From an uncultured bacterium (GTDB lineage Bacteria; Patescibacteriota; Minisyncoccia; UBA6257; 2-01-FULL-56-20): DNA of 64,000 nt. This document shows positions 63,736 to 64,000 of the stretch, piece after piece; positions within the stretch are counted from its first letter, which is position 1, and each line of letters starts with the position of its first letter. The stretch is taken from positions 80,748 to 144,747 of the forward strand of contig OY970175.1 of assembly GCA_963707865.1 (NCBI GenBank), read 5' to 3'. The notes beneath the pieces were generated by a model. The model had not been told where the DNA came from. It saw only the letters and a program-made list of their open reading frames with translations, and searched no databases. Position numbers and translations under genes: made by a program.

Positions 63736-63888
63736 ATGAAACATTACATCTGCATCGGCGAGTGCGCCGGAGTTTCGGAAAAGCCCGGCGTATGCCAGTC
63801 GCCCACGTGCTCAAAGCACGGCACGCCGCTCAGCGAATGCGAATGCGGGGATGGGAAGCACGGGAAGAAGGACGAGCAGAAAAAATAG
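63736..63888 (+). CDS. 50-aa Cys/His-rich small protein (below the ORF-track cutoff)
   Basis: MKHYICIGECAGVSEKPGVCQSPTCSKHGTPLSECECGDGKHGKKDEQKK; ATG after an AT-rich spacer. Confidence 0.6.
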   Translation: MKHYICIGECAGVSEKPGVCQSPTCSKHGTPLSECECGDGKHGKKDEQKK

Positions 63889-64000
63889 ACAGGCGGCGGA
63901 GCGCAGAGTCCCGCAGCGCGAAGTTGTATTTTTTATTTGCCCAGGCGGGGCCGGCGTAATCCACGCCGATTCGCTTTCGGGCGGCGATTGCTTTGCGGGG

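Noticed and set aside
63890-64000. Possible further hairpin element at the window edge
   Set aside because: Truncated by the window boundary; cannot be evaluated.

Overview
Chromosomal segment of a small-genome bacterium. The compact housekeeping genes, short AspRS and RF1, DUF5652/Gmad2-type membrane proteins and near-leaderless genes suggest Patescibacteria/CPR (Parcubacteria-like); this is inferred from gene style. The standard genetic code is used. Contents: a defence islet (HTH-Panacea/RelE-like TA pair, type IIG R-M gene split by an IS481-family element, dinB, truncated MazF), tsaD, rplY, metG, tatD, leuS with a NUDIX insertion, htrA, a tRNA-rich variable region, two P-type ATPases, a VirD4/HerA-like ATPase, pgk, rnpB, aspS, prfA, rpmE, prfB (+1 frameshift), ftsEX and a complete F1Fo operon. 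The most striking signal lies between rpmE and tRNA-Thr/prfB. A 68-nt alanine-identity tRNA-like RNA resembles a tmRNA reduced to its tRNA-like domain. It is followed by a ~65-nt small RNA with its own consensus promoter and terminator that is complementary, in circularly permuted order, to essentially the whole 36-nt segment between the acceptor and T stems. Other oddities: three related hairpins inside RNase P RNA, ~150-bp multi-hairpin elements (one gives two convergent proteins the same C-terminus), a dispersed heptamer-repeat family, and an HTH-LAGLIDADG-like ORF reading into tRNA-Ala.
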